The notes under the pieces are model-generated. The model did not search any database. It was not told the origin of the DNA and worked only from the letters and a program-made list of their open reading frames with translations. From NCBI GenBank assembly GCA_963726745.1, contig CAVSDR010000003.1, positions 672,001 through 736,000 of the forward strand: a stretch of DNA of 64,000 nucleotides. The letters run 5' to 3'. Position numbers and translations under genes: made by a program. The stretch is from an uncultured Verrucomicrobiae bacterium. GTDB taxonomy: Bacteria > Verrucomicrobiota > Verrucomicrobiia > Chthoniobacterales > UBA10450. Positions 1 through 10,942 of this stretch are shown here, in pieces (position 1 is the stretch's first letter; each line of letters opens with the position of its first letter).

Positions 1-544
1 CCAGCTCGCGGGTTTTGCGCGCGAGCTTTTCCGCAGAATCGCGCGTCGCGCCGAGCGTTGGTTCCCAGTCGGGATAACGCTCCGCTTCCTCGCGCAGGAG
101 CCGCTGCGCGGTCTCCCAATAAGCGATCGGCAACTCGTAGACCCGGCGCTTTCCGAGAGCGCGCGCGGCCTCGAAGAGCTGGAGCGCGCAATCCTCGTAG
201 CCGTAAACCGCCGCTGTGTCCCCGGCGTGCGCCCGCAGCCAGCGCGCGGCCTCCGCGTCCACGCCCTGCCATACGCGATCGATGCTGGCCCAGCCGCGTT
301 CATGCTCGATCAAGCGGCGCGCGCCCGCCCGGGCCGCGAGCAGGCGCACAAGTTCGCGCAACGGCGCCGCGTGAATTTTCTCGCCCGGCAAATCGTAGCC
401 GCGCCGCGGCAAACGGGCCGCGAGCGACGACTCGCCAGACCAGCCCAGGCTGGTGACGAATTTAGCCAGCGCCTTCTCGCGCTCGAGCGCCGCCAGGAGC
501 GCGCGCACGTTCGCGTTGCCGAAGGGATGGGCCAGCAGGATCAT
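1..544 (-). CDS. Glycosyltransferase, probably GT4 (5' part; runs off the left edge)
   Basis: My translation from ATG 544 is open to the edge: MILLAHPFGNANVRALL...AVYGYEDCALQLFEAARALGKRRVYELPIAYW. ATGA overlap with the upstream GT stop; lies in the GT cluster. Confidence 0.7.
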   Translation of the reverse strand, partial: MILLAHPFGNANVRALLAALEREKALAKFVTSLGWSGESSLAARLPRRGYDLPGEKIHAAPLRELVRLLAARAGARRLIEHERGWASIDRVWQGVDAEAARWLRAHAGDTAAVYGYEDCALQLFEAARALGKRRVYELPIAYWETAQRLLREEAERYPDWEPTLGATRDSAEKLARKTREL

Positions 545-1581
545 CGGCCCGCGAGCCGCCGGTAAGCCTGCGGATAAAATTCCAGCGGCTCCAATTCGTC
601 GGCTAATTCCGCGCGCGTCCGGTGCGCGCGGTCGGCATATTCCGCCTCGCTCATCCCCGCCGCCTGTTCGAGCAAACGCGCCAGCGCCGCGGGATCGTTT
701 GGTTCGCAAATGAGCGCCTGCTTGCCGCCCGCCTCCGGCAAGCCGCCATCGCGCGTGATGATGCAGGGCACGCCCAGATGCCGCGCCTCAATCGCGGTCA
801 GGCCAAAATCCTCCCGCGTATTTGGCGGCACCACCATCCAGCGCGCATCGCGAATCCGCGCGGTCTTGGTCGCCTCGTCGACGAACCCGAGCACTTCCAC
901 GCCGGTGATCCCGCGCTTCTGCACCGCATAAGCGATCAACTCGCGCAGCGGCCCATCGCCCATGAGCACGAGCGGCCACTGCGCGTGCTCGATCTGCGCG
1001 AGCGCGTAGGCGTCGATCAAGGTGTCGACCCCTTTGTTCGCGATCCAGCGGCCGATGAAGGCAAAACCCTTGCGCTCGTTAGGCGCGGTCCAGCCTTCAG
1101 GCAATTTCGAGACCGTTGGGACCTTGCGGCTGCCCGGGCGTTTCCGCAGCGGCTCCCAGGTGTCCCAGACAAACTGCGAGTTGTACCAGCGCTCGTCCGC
1201 CAGCGCCGCGGCCGCGCGCCAGAGTAACCGATGCGGCGTGCGCTCGCGCGTCATGTAGTTGTGGATCGTCATCGCCAGCGGCTTCCGGAAAAGTTTCGCG
1301 AGCAAGGTCACGTCCGGCGGCGCGTTTTGCAGATGAACCACATCGGCCCAGCGGATCACCTCGATCAAATCCCGGTCGGCCCCGCGGTCGGCGTAAATCA
1401 CTTCCTCGCCCTTGAGCATCGCCTTCAGTCCCGGCTGCAGCGCGAAGCCGGCGACGCGCTTGAAGCAAAGCCGCACCTCGAGGTCGGGCGCGCGCCGTGC
1501 GGCTTCCAAAACCGCGAGCACAAAGGCCTCGATCCCGCCATACGCGCCCATGCACGGGCTCACGATCACGACCTTGGTCAC
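541..1581 (-). CDS. GT4 family glycosyltransferase
   Basis: Likely start GTG 1581 overlaps the upstream stop. Motifs GGIEAF, FIGRWIANKG and EDFGLTAIEA (EX7E). The ORF-track start at 1980 lies inside the upstream gene. Confidence 0.88.
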   Translation of the reverse strand: MTKVVIVSPCMGAYGGIEAFVLAVLEAARRAPDLEVRLCFKRVAGFALQPGLKAMLKGEEVIYADRGADRDLIEVIRWADVVHLQNAPPDVTLLAKLFRKPLAMTIHNYMTRERTPHRLLWRAAAALADERWYNSQFVWDTWEPLRKRPGSRKVPTVSKLPEGWTAPNERKGFAFIGRWIANKGVDTLIDAYALAQIEHAQWPLVLMGDGPLRELIAYAVQKRGITGVEVLGFVDEATKTARIRDARWMVVPPNTREDFGLTAIEARHLGVPCIITRDGGLPEAGGKQALICEPNDPAALARLLEQAAGMSEAEYADRAHRTRAELADELEPLEFYPQAYRRLAGR

Positions 1582-2579
1582 GCGGCTTCCTCCAGCTTGA
1601 GCGCGCCGGCAAAACGCGCCGCGATCCGCGGCCAGGAAGCGGTCGCCTCCTGCCAGGCGCGCAACTTCTCCGCGCGGGCGCGCTGTTCCTCGTCCGCGAT
1701 TCCGGCGAGCCATTCCTCCGGATGCGTCAGCCAGCAGAGCGGCGCCGGACCCGTGGGCTGCGCGGCGAGAGACAGCACATTGAGGCCGTGCGCGGCGTAA
1801 GCCATGAACGTGCCCGACTTCGTGAGGCTGAGCGCATCCAATCCGAGCACGCCAAAGCTGGCCCCGGCCAGCTCGCGCGAAACCTCCACCTCGGGCAACG
1901 CGCCGCGTTGCGCAAAGCCGTCGGCTAATGGCAGCGCGCGCAAGAGCCGCGTCTCTTCGGGATCCAGGCCCGCGCCACAAGTCGTTAGGCGCGCAAGCCG
2001 TCCGGCGGCCGCAAGCGCGTGCAGGTCCTGGTGCATCGTTCGCAATGCCCGCAGACGCGACCCTTGTAAACCAAAGAGCACCGCCGCGCCCGGCGCGCGC
2101 GACCCTTCCGCGCCGGGGTGCACGCCGATCGTGGTCCCCACGGGGAGAAATTCCGCGCTGCTTCCGAGACGCCGCGCCTGGTCAGTTGTGGTCGTGAAGG
2201 TGGCATCGGCCGCGGCCACCAAGCGCAGGAGCGCGCGCCGGTGCAGCTGTTGCCGGAGGAAGTTTCGGTTCCACGGGGCGCAGAGGCTCCAGATTTCATG
2301 CACCATGACCACCAGGCAGCCGCCGGTGCGCTTCCGCCAATCGAGCAGCTCGCGCAGCAGCCGGCGCGGATAACCGCGGCGGTCGAACCCGTAGGCGCTG
2401 TATTGCACGAGCACGCGTCCGCCGCTTTCCGGCAAAGACAAAGCGCTGTCTCTTTTTGGGACGAGCACGCGCACGGGAAAACGCCCGCCCCATTCCTCGA
2501 GCAGGCGCAGGGTGTAATCGGCCACGCCGCCGGCGCCGCGCTCGATTTCCGGCGTCACGATGATCGTCTCTGCGCTCAT
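1578..2579 (-). CDS. GT-B fold glycosyltransferase-like protein
   Basis: GGVADYT, QYSAYGF, HEIW, KSGTFMAYAAHG and C-terminal SWPRIAARF; translationally coupled within the GT operon. Confidence 0.72.
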   Translation of the reverse strand: MSAETIIVTPEIERGAGGVADYTLRLLEEWGGRFPVRVLVPKRDSALSLPESGGRVLVQYSAYGFDRRGYPRRLLRELLDWRKRTGGCLVVMVHEIWSLCAPWNRNFLRQQLHRRALLRLVAAADATFTTTTDQARRLGSSAEFLPVGTTIGVHPGAEGSRAPGAAVLFGLQGSRLRALRTMHQDLHALAAAGRLARLTTCGAGLDPEETRLLRALPLADGFAQRGALPEVEVSRELAGASFGVLGLDALSLTKSGTFMAYAAHGLNVLSLAAQPTGPAPLCWLTHPEEWLAGIADEEQRARAEKLRAWQEATASWPRIAARFAGALKLEEAA

Positions 2580-3586
2580 AGCGCCGCCAGTTTCTGCGCG
2601 ACCACGGCCCAGGAAGCGTTCGCCTCATACCACGCGCGCAAAGCCTCCGCGCGTGCCTGCGCTTCGGCGGGTGCGATCGTGGCCACCTCCGCCGCCTGAA
2701 CGGTGTGCCGCAGCGGGACGCTCGCGATTACCGGACAAGCGTGCGCCGCCGCGGCCATGAAGGTGGTCGATTTCTGCCAGGTCTCCGCGGTGGCATTCGT
2801 TAGGCAAAACGCGGCATGCCGCAGAAGCCGGGAGACTTCTTCGGGCGGGAGCACCCCATGGCGGATGAGAGTCTCCTTCGGCAAACCGGCAAGCGCGTCG
2901 TCGCCTTCCGGGCCGATGAGATGCAACCGCCGAAGCCGGCCGGCGGCGTGCCAGCGGCGGAGGAAAGGCGCGAAAAGCTCCAGTGTTTGCCTGCGGCCAA
3001 AGGGCAGGCCGAAGAGGACGAAGTCGCCGGCAATTCGCTCCGCGGGTGCGGCGACCGGCTCGATATTCGAACTCACCGGGACAAGCAGCGCATCAATCCC
3101 GGCGAGCGTGTGCAACCGGGCGCGATGATGCTCGGTGTTGGTCACGACCACGTCGGCCATGGCCAGAAGTCGTTTCGTCACGCGGTCGGCCAGCCGGGAG
3201 AGCCAATAGTGTCGCGACGTCCACGGGAAAGCGCCCGGAAGCTCATGCACGAAAAGGAGGAGACGCGCGCCAGGGAAGCGCTGCTTCCATTTCGCGAGCA
3301 TGCGCGGCAGCCAGAAAGGAAAACCGAGCGGGTGATACGCGCGGCCGGCGTAGTGCAGCCAAACATCGGCCGCGCCCAGGCGTGCGAGCGCGCGGGCGAG
3401 CGCTGCGGGATCGCCGCCGAAAGCGGTAACTTTGGACTCGTTAGGCGCGGAGTGCTCGAGCACGAGGAACTCGCTCGGGCGCGCGCTTTCTGGCCAATGT
3501 TGCGCCAGCAACCAGCTGTAGGTGCCGATTCCGCAAACCGCAGGCGGCAGGCGGGTGGTGATCACGGCCAGCGGTTTCGCGTTCAT
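2576..3586 (-). CDS. GT-B fold glycosyltransferase-like protein, paralogue of 1578..2579
   Basis: CGIGTYS, HYAGRAY, HELP, KSTTFMAAAAHA and SWAVVAQKL occur in the same order as in the neighbour. Confidence 0.72.
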   Translation of the reverse strand: MNAKPLAVITTRLPPAVCGIGTYSWLLAQHWPESARPSEFLVLEHSAPNESKVTAFGGDPAALARALARLGAADVWLHYAGRAYHPLGFPFWLPRMLAKWKQRFPGARLLLFVHELPGAFPWTSRHYWLSRLADRVTKRLLAMADVVVTNTEHHRARLHTLAGIDALLVPVSSNIEPVAAPAERIAGDFVLFGLPFGRRQTLELFAPFLRRWHAAGRLRRLHLIGPEGDDALAGLPKETLIRHGVLPPEEVSRLLRHAAFCLTNATAETWQKSTTFMAAAAHACPVIASVPLRHTVQAAEVATIAPAEAQARAEALRAWYEANASWAVVAQKLAAL

Positions 3587-5880
3587 CGGGCTTCGAGCGC
3601 GGCGGCGATTGCGCCGGCAAAACGTTCCACTTGTCGCTCGAGCAAAAACTCGCGCTGCGCCAGCGCGCGGGCGTGCTCGGCGACGGCGCGGCGACGCTCC
3701 GGGGTGGCGGCCAGCGCGGCCGCGATCTCCCCCGCGGCCAACGTGGGCACGAGCAGCGCGGCGTCGTTGCGGCCTAACAAGTCAGCGGCCGCGGAGTCGG
3801 ATGGGCCGTGATAAAGGATGGGCAGGCCGCTGCCGAGGTAGGTGACCATTTTAGTCGACAAACTGTAGCGCCCAAAGTTCGCGTGTTCCGCGCCAAAAGG
3901 GAGCGGGAGGTAAAGCAGATCGGCCTCGGCAAAGTCGCGCTCCACCTCCGCCTCGGGCGCAAACGGGAGCACACGCACGCGCGCGCGACCGGCAAACACC
4001 TGCGGGCGCACATACTCGCAGCGCAGCGTGAGGCTGACACGCGTCTCCGGGTGCGCGCTTTCAAACAGCGCGATGCCCTCGAGGAGGGCGCGCAGGTTTT
4101 CCTCGTAGGGCATATGGAAGAGGCCCATGAAATAAATCCGCAGCACGCCCGGGACGCTCTGCTCGCGTGGCGGGGAAATCTGCGCAAGCCCATCGGTCAC
4201 GACGAGAAATTCGCGCGCGCCATAACGCTGGCAATATTCCCGGCCGAGCTCTTCGGAAATGACGAAGCGCGCGGCGGCGCCGAGCCAGGCGTCGCGCAAG
4301 GCGCGTTCCCGCGCCGCGGGGCGCTCGCGCATGGTGTAGCCAAGGTCATCGTGCAGGCTGACAAAAAAAGGAATCCCGAGGTCGCGCGCGACTGCTTGGG
4401 CCACGGCGAAATCGAGGCCGCTATGCGGAACCGCATGGATCGCCCGTGCGTTGAGCGCACGGCAACGCGCACGCAAACGACGACGGAACCGTCCGGCGAA
4501 CAACGGGCTGGAGAGCTTCGGCCAGGATGCCAGCCGGGAGTGTTCTACCCGCCCCCACGAGGGGCGCGAAGGGAGGTGTTCCTCTTGTGGCCACGGCGGC
4601 GGCGCCTTGGGCGAGGAGGCGATGCTGCGCCAGGCAAAGGGCACTTGCTCGAGCAACGCACGCAGAATGCGCGGACCGCCCCCTGGCGAACCAAGGCCAA
4701 ACGGCTGCACGCAGACGACAGGATTCTCCTTGGCGGAGAGCTCGGCGCGATAGGTCGCAAGCGTGGCCTCGGCGATCTCTTGCCAGGAAAAAGTCTCCGC
4801 CTGGCGAAGACTTGCCTCGGAGAGTTCGCCGTAGGTTTCCTCGCCGGCTCGAAGCAGCCGGATGATCTCGTCGGCAAAAGCGGCAACGTCTCCCAACGGA
4901 ACGAGGCCGTGCGGCAAAATCTCGCGCGGCCCGGGCGTATCGTAGGCGACCACGGGAAGCCCGGCGGCGATTTGCTCGAGGACCGCAAGCCCGAAACCTT
5001 CGACGTAGCTTGGGAAGGCGCCCACGGTGGCATCGGCCAGGAGTCGCGGAAGATCGTCCGGTTGGTAATCGGAGATCAACTCGATCCCTTCGGCCGCAGC
5101 CCCAAGGTCGTGCTCGATCACGGCGGGCGCGACCATGGTGCCGAGAAAACGGAAGCGCACCGCGGGCACAGCCGCGCGGATGCGGGCGATGATCGCAGCC
5201 CAATCGTGCGACCCTTTTCGCGGACTCCACATGCCGACGAAGCACACCCGCGCCTGCACAAGCCGCGTGGCCGGCGGGAGCGCGGCGGCGCGAAACTGCG
5301 CGCGGCGTTCGCTCGTTAGGCCATAGGGCTGGACCATGATCTTGCCGGCTATTTTAAGCTCGTGGCGCAGGCAGACGGCTTCGGTCTCGTTCGGCACGTT
5401 CACCAGGTCGGCGCGCTGCACGCTTTTCTCCGAAGCCTGCTCGAGCCGACGCCGGGTGAAGTTGTAGATCACGCGCCCGGCCAGTTTCCCGCGCGGCGGC
5501 TGGGGCCAGCGCTGCGCGATCGTGCGGTCGAAGCGATCGTAAAGCCGGTAAAGCCCGACCGAGCGCGCGACCAAAAGACCGCGGAACCCGAGCGATTCGG
5601 CGGTTTCGGGAAGCGTGCCGACGAGCGCGTCGATGACATCAAAGCGCTGCGCGTTTTGCCGAACGAACGCCCTGGCTTTGCGCAAAAAAAGGAGCTGACG
5701 CAGCGCGTAAGTGACGCCGGTTGCGGGCCCGCCGGGGAAGGCATCGGAAAAGCTAAATTTCTCGAACGTGTGCCCGCCGGCACGCCACTGCTCGGCCAGC
5801 TCCATCCAAACCCGTGGTGCGCCGAGGCGCTCGTCCCAGGGCGAATTGACGATCGCGAGGATGCGCAGCGGTCGGCTCAT
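3583..5880 (-). CDS. Two-domain glycosyltransferase (GT4 fused to a second GT-B-like unit), about 765 aa
   Basis: Start MSRPLRILAIVN at ATG 5880 overlaps the upstream stop. First unit has FPSYVEGFGLAVLEQ; second starts QPFGLGSPGGGPRIL and has STKMVTYLGSGLPIL. Confidence 0.82.
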   Translation of the reverse strand: MSRPLRILAIVNSPWDERLGAPRVWMELAEQWRAGGHTFEKFSFSDAFPGGPATGVTYALRQLLFLRKARAFVRQNAQRFDVIDALVGTLPETAESLGFRGLLVARSVGLYRLYDRFDRTIAQRWPQPPRGKLAGRVIYNFTRRRLEQASEKSVQRADLVNVPNETEAVCLRHELKIAGKIMVQPYGLTSERRAQFRAAALPPATRLVQARVCFVGMWSPRKGSHDWAAIIARIRAAVPAVRFRFLGTMVAPAVIEHDLGAAAEGIELISDYQPDDLPRLLADATVGAFPSYVEGFGLAVLEQIAAGLPVVAYDTPGPREILPHGLVPLGDVAAFADEIIRLLRAGEETYGELSEASLRQAETFSWQEIAEATLATYRAELSAKENPVVCVQPFGLGSPGGGPRILRALLEQVPFAWRSIASSPKAPPPWPQEEHLPSRPSWGRVEHSRLASWPKLSSPLFAGRFRRRLRARCRALNARAIHAVPHSGLDFAVAQAVARDLGIPFFVSLHDDLGYTMRERPAARERALRDAWLGAAARFVISEELGREYCQRYGAREFLVVTDGLAQISPPREQSVPGVLRIYFMGLFHMPYEENLRALLEGIALFESAHPETRVSLTLRCEYVRPQVFAGRARVRVLPFAPEAEVERDFAEADLLYLPLPFGAEHANFGRYSLSTKMVTYLGSGLPILYHGPSDSAAADLLGRNDAALLVPTLAAGEIAAALAATPERRRAVAEHARALAQREFLLERQVERFAGAIAAALEAR

Positions 5881-6710
5881 CGACGATGACAAAGGGCGTT
5901 CCAAAACTTGTGGCGCACGGGATTGACGTAATGCCGCAAAACAAGCGCCGGGGAGGAGTGCCGATCGGGGAAGACAAATTGGTCGTCGAGTTGGAGAACC
6001 CAGCGCCGCGGGTCGAGCGGCTGCGCGCCGTTCGCGTGCATCACCAAGTGGGTGAGGGTTTGATTCGTAAAGAACGTCGGCTCGCCTTCGAGCGCGAGGA
6101 AACGCTCGATGGCTAACGACCAGTCGAGCGGCGCGCGGAGGAAAAGGACGCCGGTGTTGACCGGTTTTACCTGCTCTCGCTCGCTGCGGAACAGGCGCTG
6201 GTCGGCGGAGAGGCCGCAATCGGCGAGATAAAAGGCGGGCGCGTCCTCCGGCAGGTGGAGCGCGGCCGCGCCAGCGAAGAAGAGGACATCGGCATCGAGA
6301 TACAGCGCCGGGCCGGAAACAGGCAGCGACATCACGAGCGCGAGTTGTTTCCCGGTAGGATGCTCGCGCAGGTAACGCTCCATCGGCGCGGGCACCTCGG
6401 GCACCCAATCGCGCACCTGGTCGACCGCCACCACCGGGTCAATCGCGCGCAGCAGCTCGAGGCTGCGGAGCGAATGCGTCCCGTCGGAGACGACGGTGAA
6501 CCGCCGCGGCCGACCGGCGTGGCGCAGGAAGGAGCGGATCGACGCGACCTGCTCCGGAAGCATGGCTTCGCCGGAATAGGCGTAGACATCAAAAGGCAAT
6601 GTGCGCGATGCCTTCACCGGACGCCGCACGATCCAGCGCAAGGCGGCCTGGTAAATTCGCCGGCAGGCCTGCGCCTCCGCACGCGCGAAGTGGTAGCCAA
6701 AATTCGGCAT
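5877..6710 (-). CDS. Putative GT-A fold (GT8-like) glycosyltransferase
   Basis: DxD motif YLDADVLF, NTGVLF, FTNQT, RHY; located inside the GT operon. Confidence 0.6.
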   Translation of the reverse strand: MPNFGYHFARAEAQACRRIYQAALRWIVRRPVKASRTLPFDVYAYSGEAMLPEQVASIRSFLRHAGRPRRFTVVSDGTHSLRSLELLRAIDPVVAVDQVRDWVPEVPAPMERYLREHPTGKQLALVMSLPVSGPALYLDADVLFFAGAAALHLPEDAPAFYLADCGLSADQRLFRSEREQVKPVNTGVLFLRAPLDWSLAIERFLALEGEPTFFTNQTLTHLVMHANGAQPLDPRRWVLQLDDQFVFPDRHSSPALVLRHYVNPVRHKFWNALCHRR

Positions 6711-6714
6711 GCGC

Positions 6715-8034
6715 TCAGGCAGCCGCGAGGCGCACGCTGCGGAAGCCGCGCAGGCTCAAGACGACGTTGAGGAGGAGATTTGGGAGCGCGGAGATGAGAT
6801 TGAAAAGGAGCACGCCGCGAACGCTGGTGAAATCGGTGAAAGGAATAAGCGCAGCCTGCGTGGCAAGGGTAAGCGGGATGTAAAGCCACGAGCCTTTGAT
6901 CCAGGCCTTGGAGGAATTGAGCGCCCAGAGCGTGCCGACAAAGGCGCTCGCAACCGCCCCTGCGACCATGAGCACGAGCTCGCGCTCGAGATGAAGATAT
7001 TTGCTCCCGAGAACGAGGAGAAAGATGTGCGGCGCGAGCGCAGCGACGAGCAGGATCCCGAGGCTGAACAACGCCACCGCGCCGACGATCCCAGCATATT
7101 GCCAGCGGAGGCGGCGCGGGCTTTGGCAGCGGGCGAAAGCGGGCGCAAAAACATTCGCGAGGAGATTGCTGAGGACGGAGAAGATCATTGCCAAACGCCC
7201 GAGCGCGCCGACCTCGGCCACGGCGCTGACGTGATTACCGAAGAAGCTGATCAGGAAGACGGTGATCTGACCCTGGAGGCAGAAGAAGATGGAATTTGCC
7301 GCCTGGTTGCGGATGAAGCCGCGCATCGCCAGGCGGTCTTCGTCGTTCGGCAAGGCGTGCAGGTCGATCATGCCGGCGACGTAGCGGCGGAGCATCCAGT
7401 ATTGCAGGAAGATGGCGCCGAGGCTGACGACGACCGCGACGCCGGCGTTGAGGAAGACGAACATCAGACCGCCAAGAACGAGCAGGCGTGCGATCGCGCC
7501 GGTGAGATCGATCGTGCGGATGCGGTCGATGTCGGAATGCAGCCGCGGGACCACGCTGAGCACGCCAACCGCGAGCTGGACTAGGAGACCGAGCAGAATG
7601 ACGCCGATGAGCAAGGCGGTGTAAGCCGGCGAGGCGCCGTTCTTGACCAGCATGAAGGCGAGAATGGGCGTGACCACGGCCATCGCGAGCAGGCCGAGTT
7701 TGCGGCGCAGATGCAACGCGGTCACAACCAGCTGGCTAAAACGCGCGCGGTCGCGCCAGACGCGGCCGCCAATGGCGACGAGGGCAATGCTGATGCCGAC
7801 ATCCGCGAGCACGTTGATCGTGCCCTGCATGGTGTTGGCGATGGTGAAAAAGGCGTATTCGCGCTGAGACAATTGCCTAACGAGTAGAATGCCGCTGGCA
7901 AAACCAAGCAACTGCACTGCGGCCTGGGCGAAAGCAAAAGTGCCGACGACGCGGGCGCGCTGCATCGCGCGACGGATCATGGGCGCGCTCGTTTCCGCGA
8001 GCGCAGGCGACGAGATGGAACCGAAAAAGCTCAT
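6715..8034 (-). CDS. Polysaccharide flippase (Wzx/MOP-like), multi-TM
   Basis: Hydrophobic C-terminal ~440 aa of the 1173-aa ORF (AQAAVQLLGFASGILLVRQLSQREYAFFTIA). Has its own ATG at 8034 (alternative 7980). Confidence 0.75.
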   Translation of the reverse strand: MSFFGSISSPALAETSAPMIRRAMQRARVVGTFAFAQAAVQLLGFASGILLVRQLSQREYAFFTIANTMQGTINVLADVGISIALVAIGGRVWRDRARFSQLVVTALHLRRKLGLLAMAVVTPILAFMLVKNGASPAYTALLIGVILLGLLVQLAVGVLSVVPRLHSDIDRIRTIDLTGAIARLLVLGGLMFVFLNAGVAVVVSLGAIFLQYWMLRRYVAGMIDLHALPNDEDRLAMRGFIRNQAANSIFFCLQGQITVFLISFFGNHVSAVAEVGALGRLAMIFSVLSNLLANVFAPAFARCQSPRRLRWQYAGIVGAVALFSLGILLVAALAPHIFLLVLGSKYLHLERELVLMVAGAVASAFVGTLWALNSSKAWIKGSWLYIPLTLATQAALIPFTDFTSVRGVLLFNLISALPNLLLNVVLSLRGFRSVRLAAA

Positions 8035-8092
8035 CGCACGATCGGGCCGGCGGGCGCTTCCGCCGCGGCCGCCGGTTTCGCCATGAATGCGG

Positions 8093-10236
8093 CTAGGAAG
8101 ACTGCGTGCCGTGACCCTGCGCGTGCGCGGGGAGCTTGCGCGGCTCTTCCGCCACCGGCGTGTTGTAGTACTCGGAGTACCTGGTAGTAGTAGGTACTCG
8201 GGCAGCGAGGTATCGACGTAATTCAAGATCACGCCGGGGACATTGACCTGCCGATTGTAGAGCAACTCGAGCGACTTCTTGGTCAGGCGCGCAGAGGTGT
8301 AGGAAAGGCGGACGACGAAGAGGGTGGCGTCAATCTTCGGCGCGAGGCTGGTGGTATCGTCCGCCGCCAAGACCGGCGAGCTGTCGATGATGATGTAATC
8401 GTACTGGTGGTAGATTTCCTGGAGGAAGCGATCGGTCGATTCGCGCAGGAGATGTTCGCTCGGCTGCGAGAGCGTGCTGCCGCGCGGGAGGAGGAAGAGA
8501 TTTTGGTAGGCCGTGGGCACCACCACTTCCTGCCAATTGACCTCGCCCTTGAGGACCTCGGAGAAACCGACCCGCGACGAGATATCGAAGGCTTCGCGCT
8601 GCGCGCCGCGGCGGAGATCGCCATCGATCAGGAGCGTCTTCGCCCCGGAAAGCGCGAAGGTAATCGCGAGGTTGGCAGAGACGGTCGATTTGCCTTCGTT
8701 AGGCACCGCGCTGGTGACGAGAAGCGTCTTTGGGCGCGGCCCTTCGTAAGGCATGAAGAAAATAGACGACCGGATGTTCCGATAGCTCTCGGCGAAGATG
8801 TGGCGGGCGTCGTCCGGCTGGAGCAGGGAGACGCGGCCCTTGGCTTTTTCGCGCGGGATCTGGCCGAGGACGTTCTCGGAGAAGTGGCCCTGGAATTCGC
8901 CAAAGGAAGCCATGCGGTCGTCGATCCGGTCGAGCAGGAGAAGAATCGCGAGACCGGCAAGCGCGCCGCCGCCGAAGCCAATGAGCAAGCCCTTAAGCAG
9001 GCCCGGGCGCACGGAAGTCGGCACGGTGGCCTGCTCCATGATCGAGACCTGATCGCCGCCGTCGACGACTTGGGAAACGCCGACTTCCTTGAGGTTGTTC
9101 GTGAGGCGATCGTAGAGCGTCTTGAGGCGATCGACCTTGCCCTTGAGGCGATTGAAGACCGCGAGGCGCTGGCTAAGGTCGAGCGCCTTGGCTTCCCATT
9201 CCTTCACATTCGACTGGAGGTTTTCCATCTGCTTGCCGATGGAATTGCGACGAGTGGCCAGCTTCTCCACGGCATCGGAACGGAAGAGTTGGATGAGGTT
9301 TTCCTGCTTCGCGATCTCGTCGTTTAATTTCAGGATTTTCGGGTGCTTCGGGCGCAGGTCTTTCGAGAGCGTGTCGCGCTCGGCCTTGAGCAATTGCACC
9401 GCTTGCTTGGCCTTGAGGTAATCGGCCTCCGGACCGACATCGGAGAACGGCATAACCTGCTGCGAGGCCTGATCGGGGGCATCGCTTTCACCCTTATTTC
9501 CCGAGGGCGAACGGTCGAGATTCTGGTCGAGGTCGAGTTTTTCGAGAAGCTCGTACTCCGTCTTCAGCGCAGCGTATTGCTGGTTCAGTTTTACCAGGTA
9601 GGCCGCGGCGCTGTTTCCTTCTTCCTGGATGAAGCCGATGTTGTTCTGCTTCTGGAAGTCGAGCATTTCGTCCTCGCCATTGCGCAGATCTTTCTCCACC
9701 TGGATGAGCTGCTCGGTGATGGCGGTGGTGACGTTATGCCCCTGGTCCTCGCGCATGCCTTTTTTGAAGTCGAGATACTTCTGCATGACCGCATTCAGGT
9801 AGGCCTGGGTGTACTCCGGCGAACTGCCGATGGCCTGGAGGTCGAAGATCGAGGTGCGCGGCTTTTGCACCACGTTGATGTCGACTAAAACCGGCTGGAG
9901 CTCGGGATGCGTCGAGCGCACGAGCGCCTCCGCGCTGCGGCGGACTTCCGCGCTCTGCATGAGTTGAATCTGGGTGCCGTAGAAATTGACGCTGTCCTCA
10001 CTGTAGACGGCGTTTTGGGCGAGGTTGAGCTTGCCCGCGAGCATCATCTTGCTCGTGGAAAGAAACGAGGGCGGCGTCTGGTAAATCAGCCAGGCCTGAA
10101 TGAAAACGCCGAGGCAGATGGTGAGCAGAGGAATCCACCAACGGCGCAGGAGCAGCGCTTTGTAGCGATGCACCCGGGTGATGAAGGAGTTACTCCAGGA
10201 CGAGGCGGAAGAACGATCGGGAACGGGCGCGGCCAT
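8093..10236 (-). CDS. wzc: Polysaccharide co-polymerase/BY-kinase (Wzc/GumC); two apparent +1 errors near 8180-8195
   Basis: Two TM segments flank a coiled coil; TSAVPNEGKS (Walker A), LLIDGDLRR, IIIDSSPV. Removing two duplicated bases restores the Tyr cluster PEYYYYQYSEYYN and a TAG stop at 8093. Confidence 0.88.
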
Positions 10237-10239
10237 ACA

Positions 10240-10924
10240 TTACATGTTGATCAAGCGCTGCGGGACGAAGATCTGGTCGCCGGGATGGACGACCGCATCT
10301 TCCTCGGAGTGACCTTCCTCGATCACGCGCTTGAGATCGACGATTACATCCTGGCCGCCCTTGCGGGTGAGTTTCACTTTGCGCTTGTTCGCGAAATCGC
10401 CGAAGCCGCCGGCGCGGATGACCGCTTTGCTGACGGTGTATTCTTCGTCGGCCGGGATTTCCTGTGGGCCCGGGCCCTTGACCGAACCGATGACGTAGAC
10501 TTTGCCGCGCGACTTTTCGCTGACGTGATCGACCGCAATGATCACGGTGGCGTGATAGTAGTATTCCTTTTCGAGCGCGGCCTTGACCGAGTAAGCCAGC
10601 TCCTTCGAGGTGCGGCCGGCCGCCTGGACGAGGCCCACATAGGGCACTTCGAGCTGGCCGTTATCGTTCACGCGCAGGCGCTGCGATTCGTTATCGCGAT
10701 CCTCGACCACACGGAAGCTAACGAAGTCGTTAGGGCCCAGCCGGGTGCGATCATCGAGCACATTCATCGAGTTCGTGCGCATGACCGTGCTCGTGGTCGG
10801 AGGCTCAGCCGCCGGGGCGGCGCGGGGGATCGACTGCGGCGGCGTGGAGACACTCTCCTGGGCCAGGAGTGAGGTGTTCGCCAGAGGCGGCGAGCACGAG
10901 GAAACGATAAGCCCAGTCTTTCAT
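10240..10924 (-). CDS. Polysaccharide export OPX/Wza-like protein (Poly_export + SLBB); one apparent +1 error in the signal region
   Basis: RLGPNDFVSFRV...LEVPYVGLVQAAGRT, VYVIGSVKGPG, AGGFGDFANKRKV, PGDQIFVPQR. GGAG precedes ATG 10924; length mod 3 = 1. Confidence 0.8.
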
Positions 10925-10942
10925 GCTCCGTTAAGGTCCAGC

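Noticed and set aside
6715..10236. 1173-aa Wzc-flippase fusion in the ORF track
   Set aside because: Two extra bases in the Tyr-cluster codons cause read-through; correcting them gives a normal Wzc stop at 8093 and a separate flippase start.
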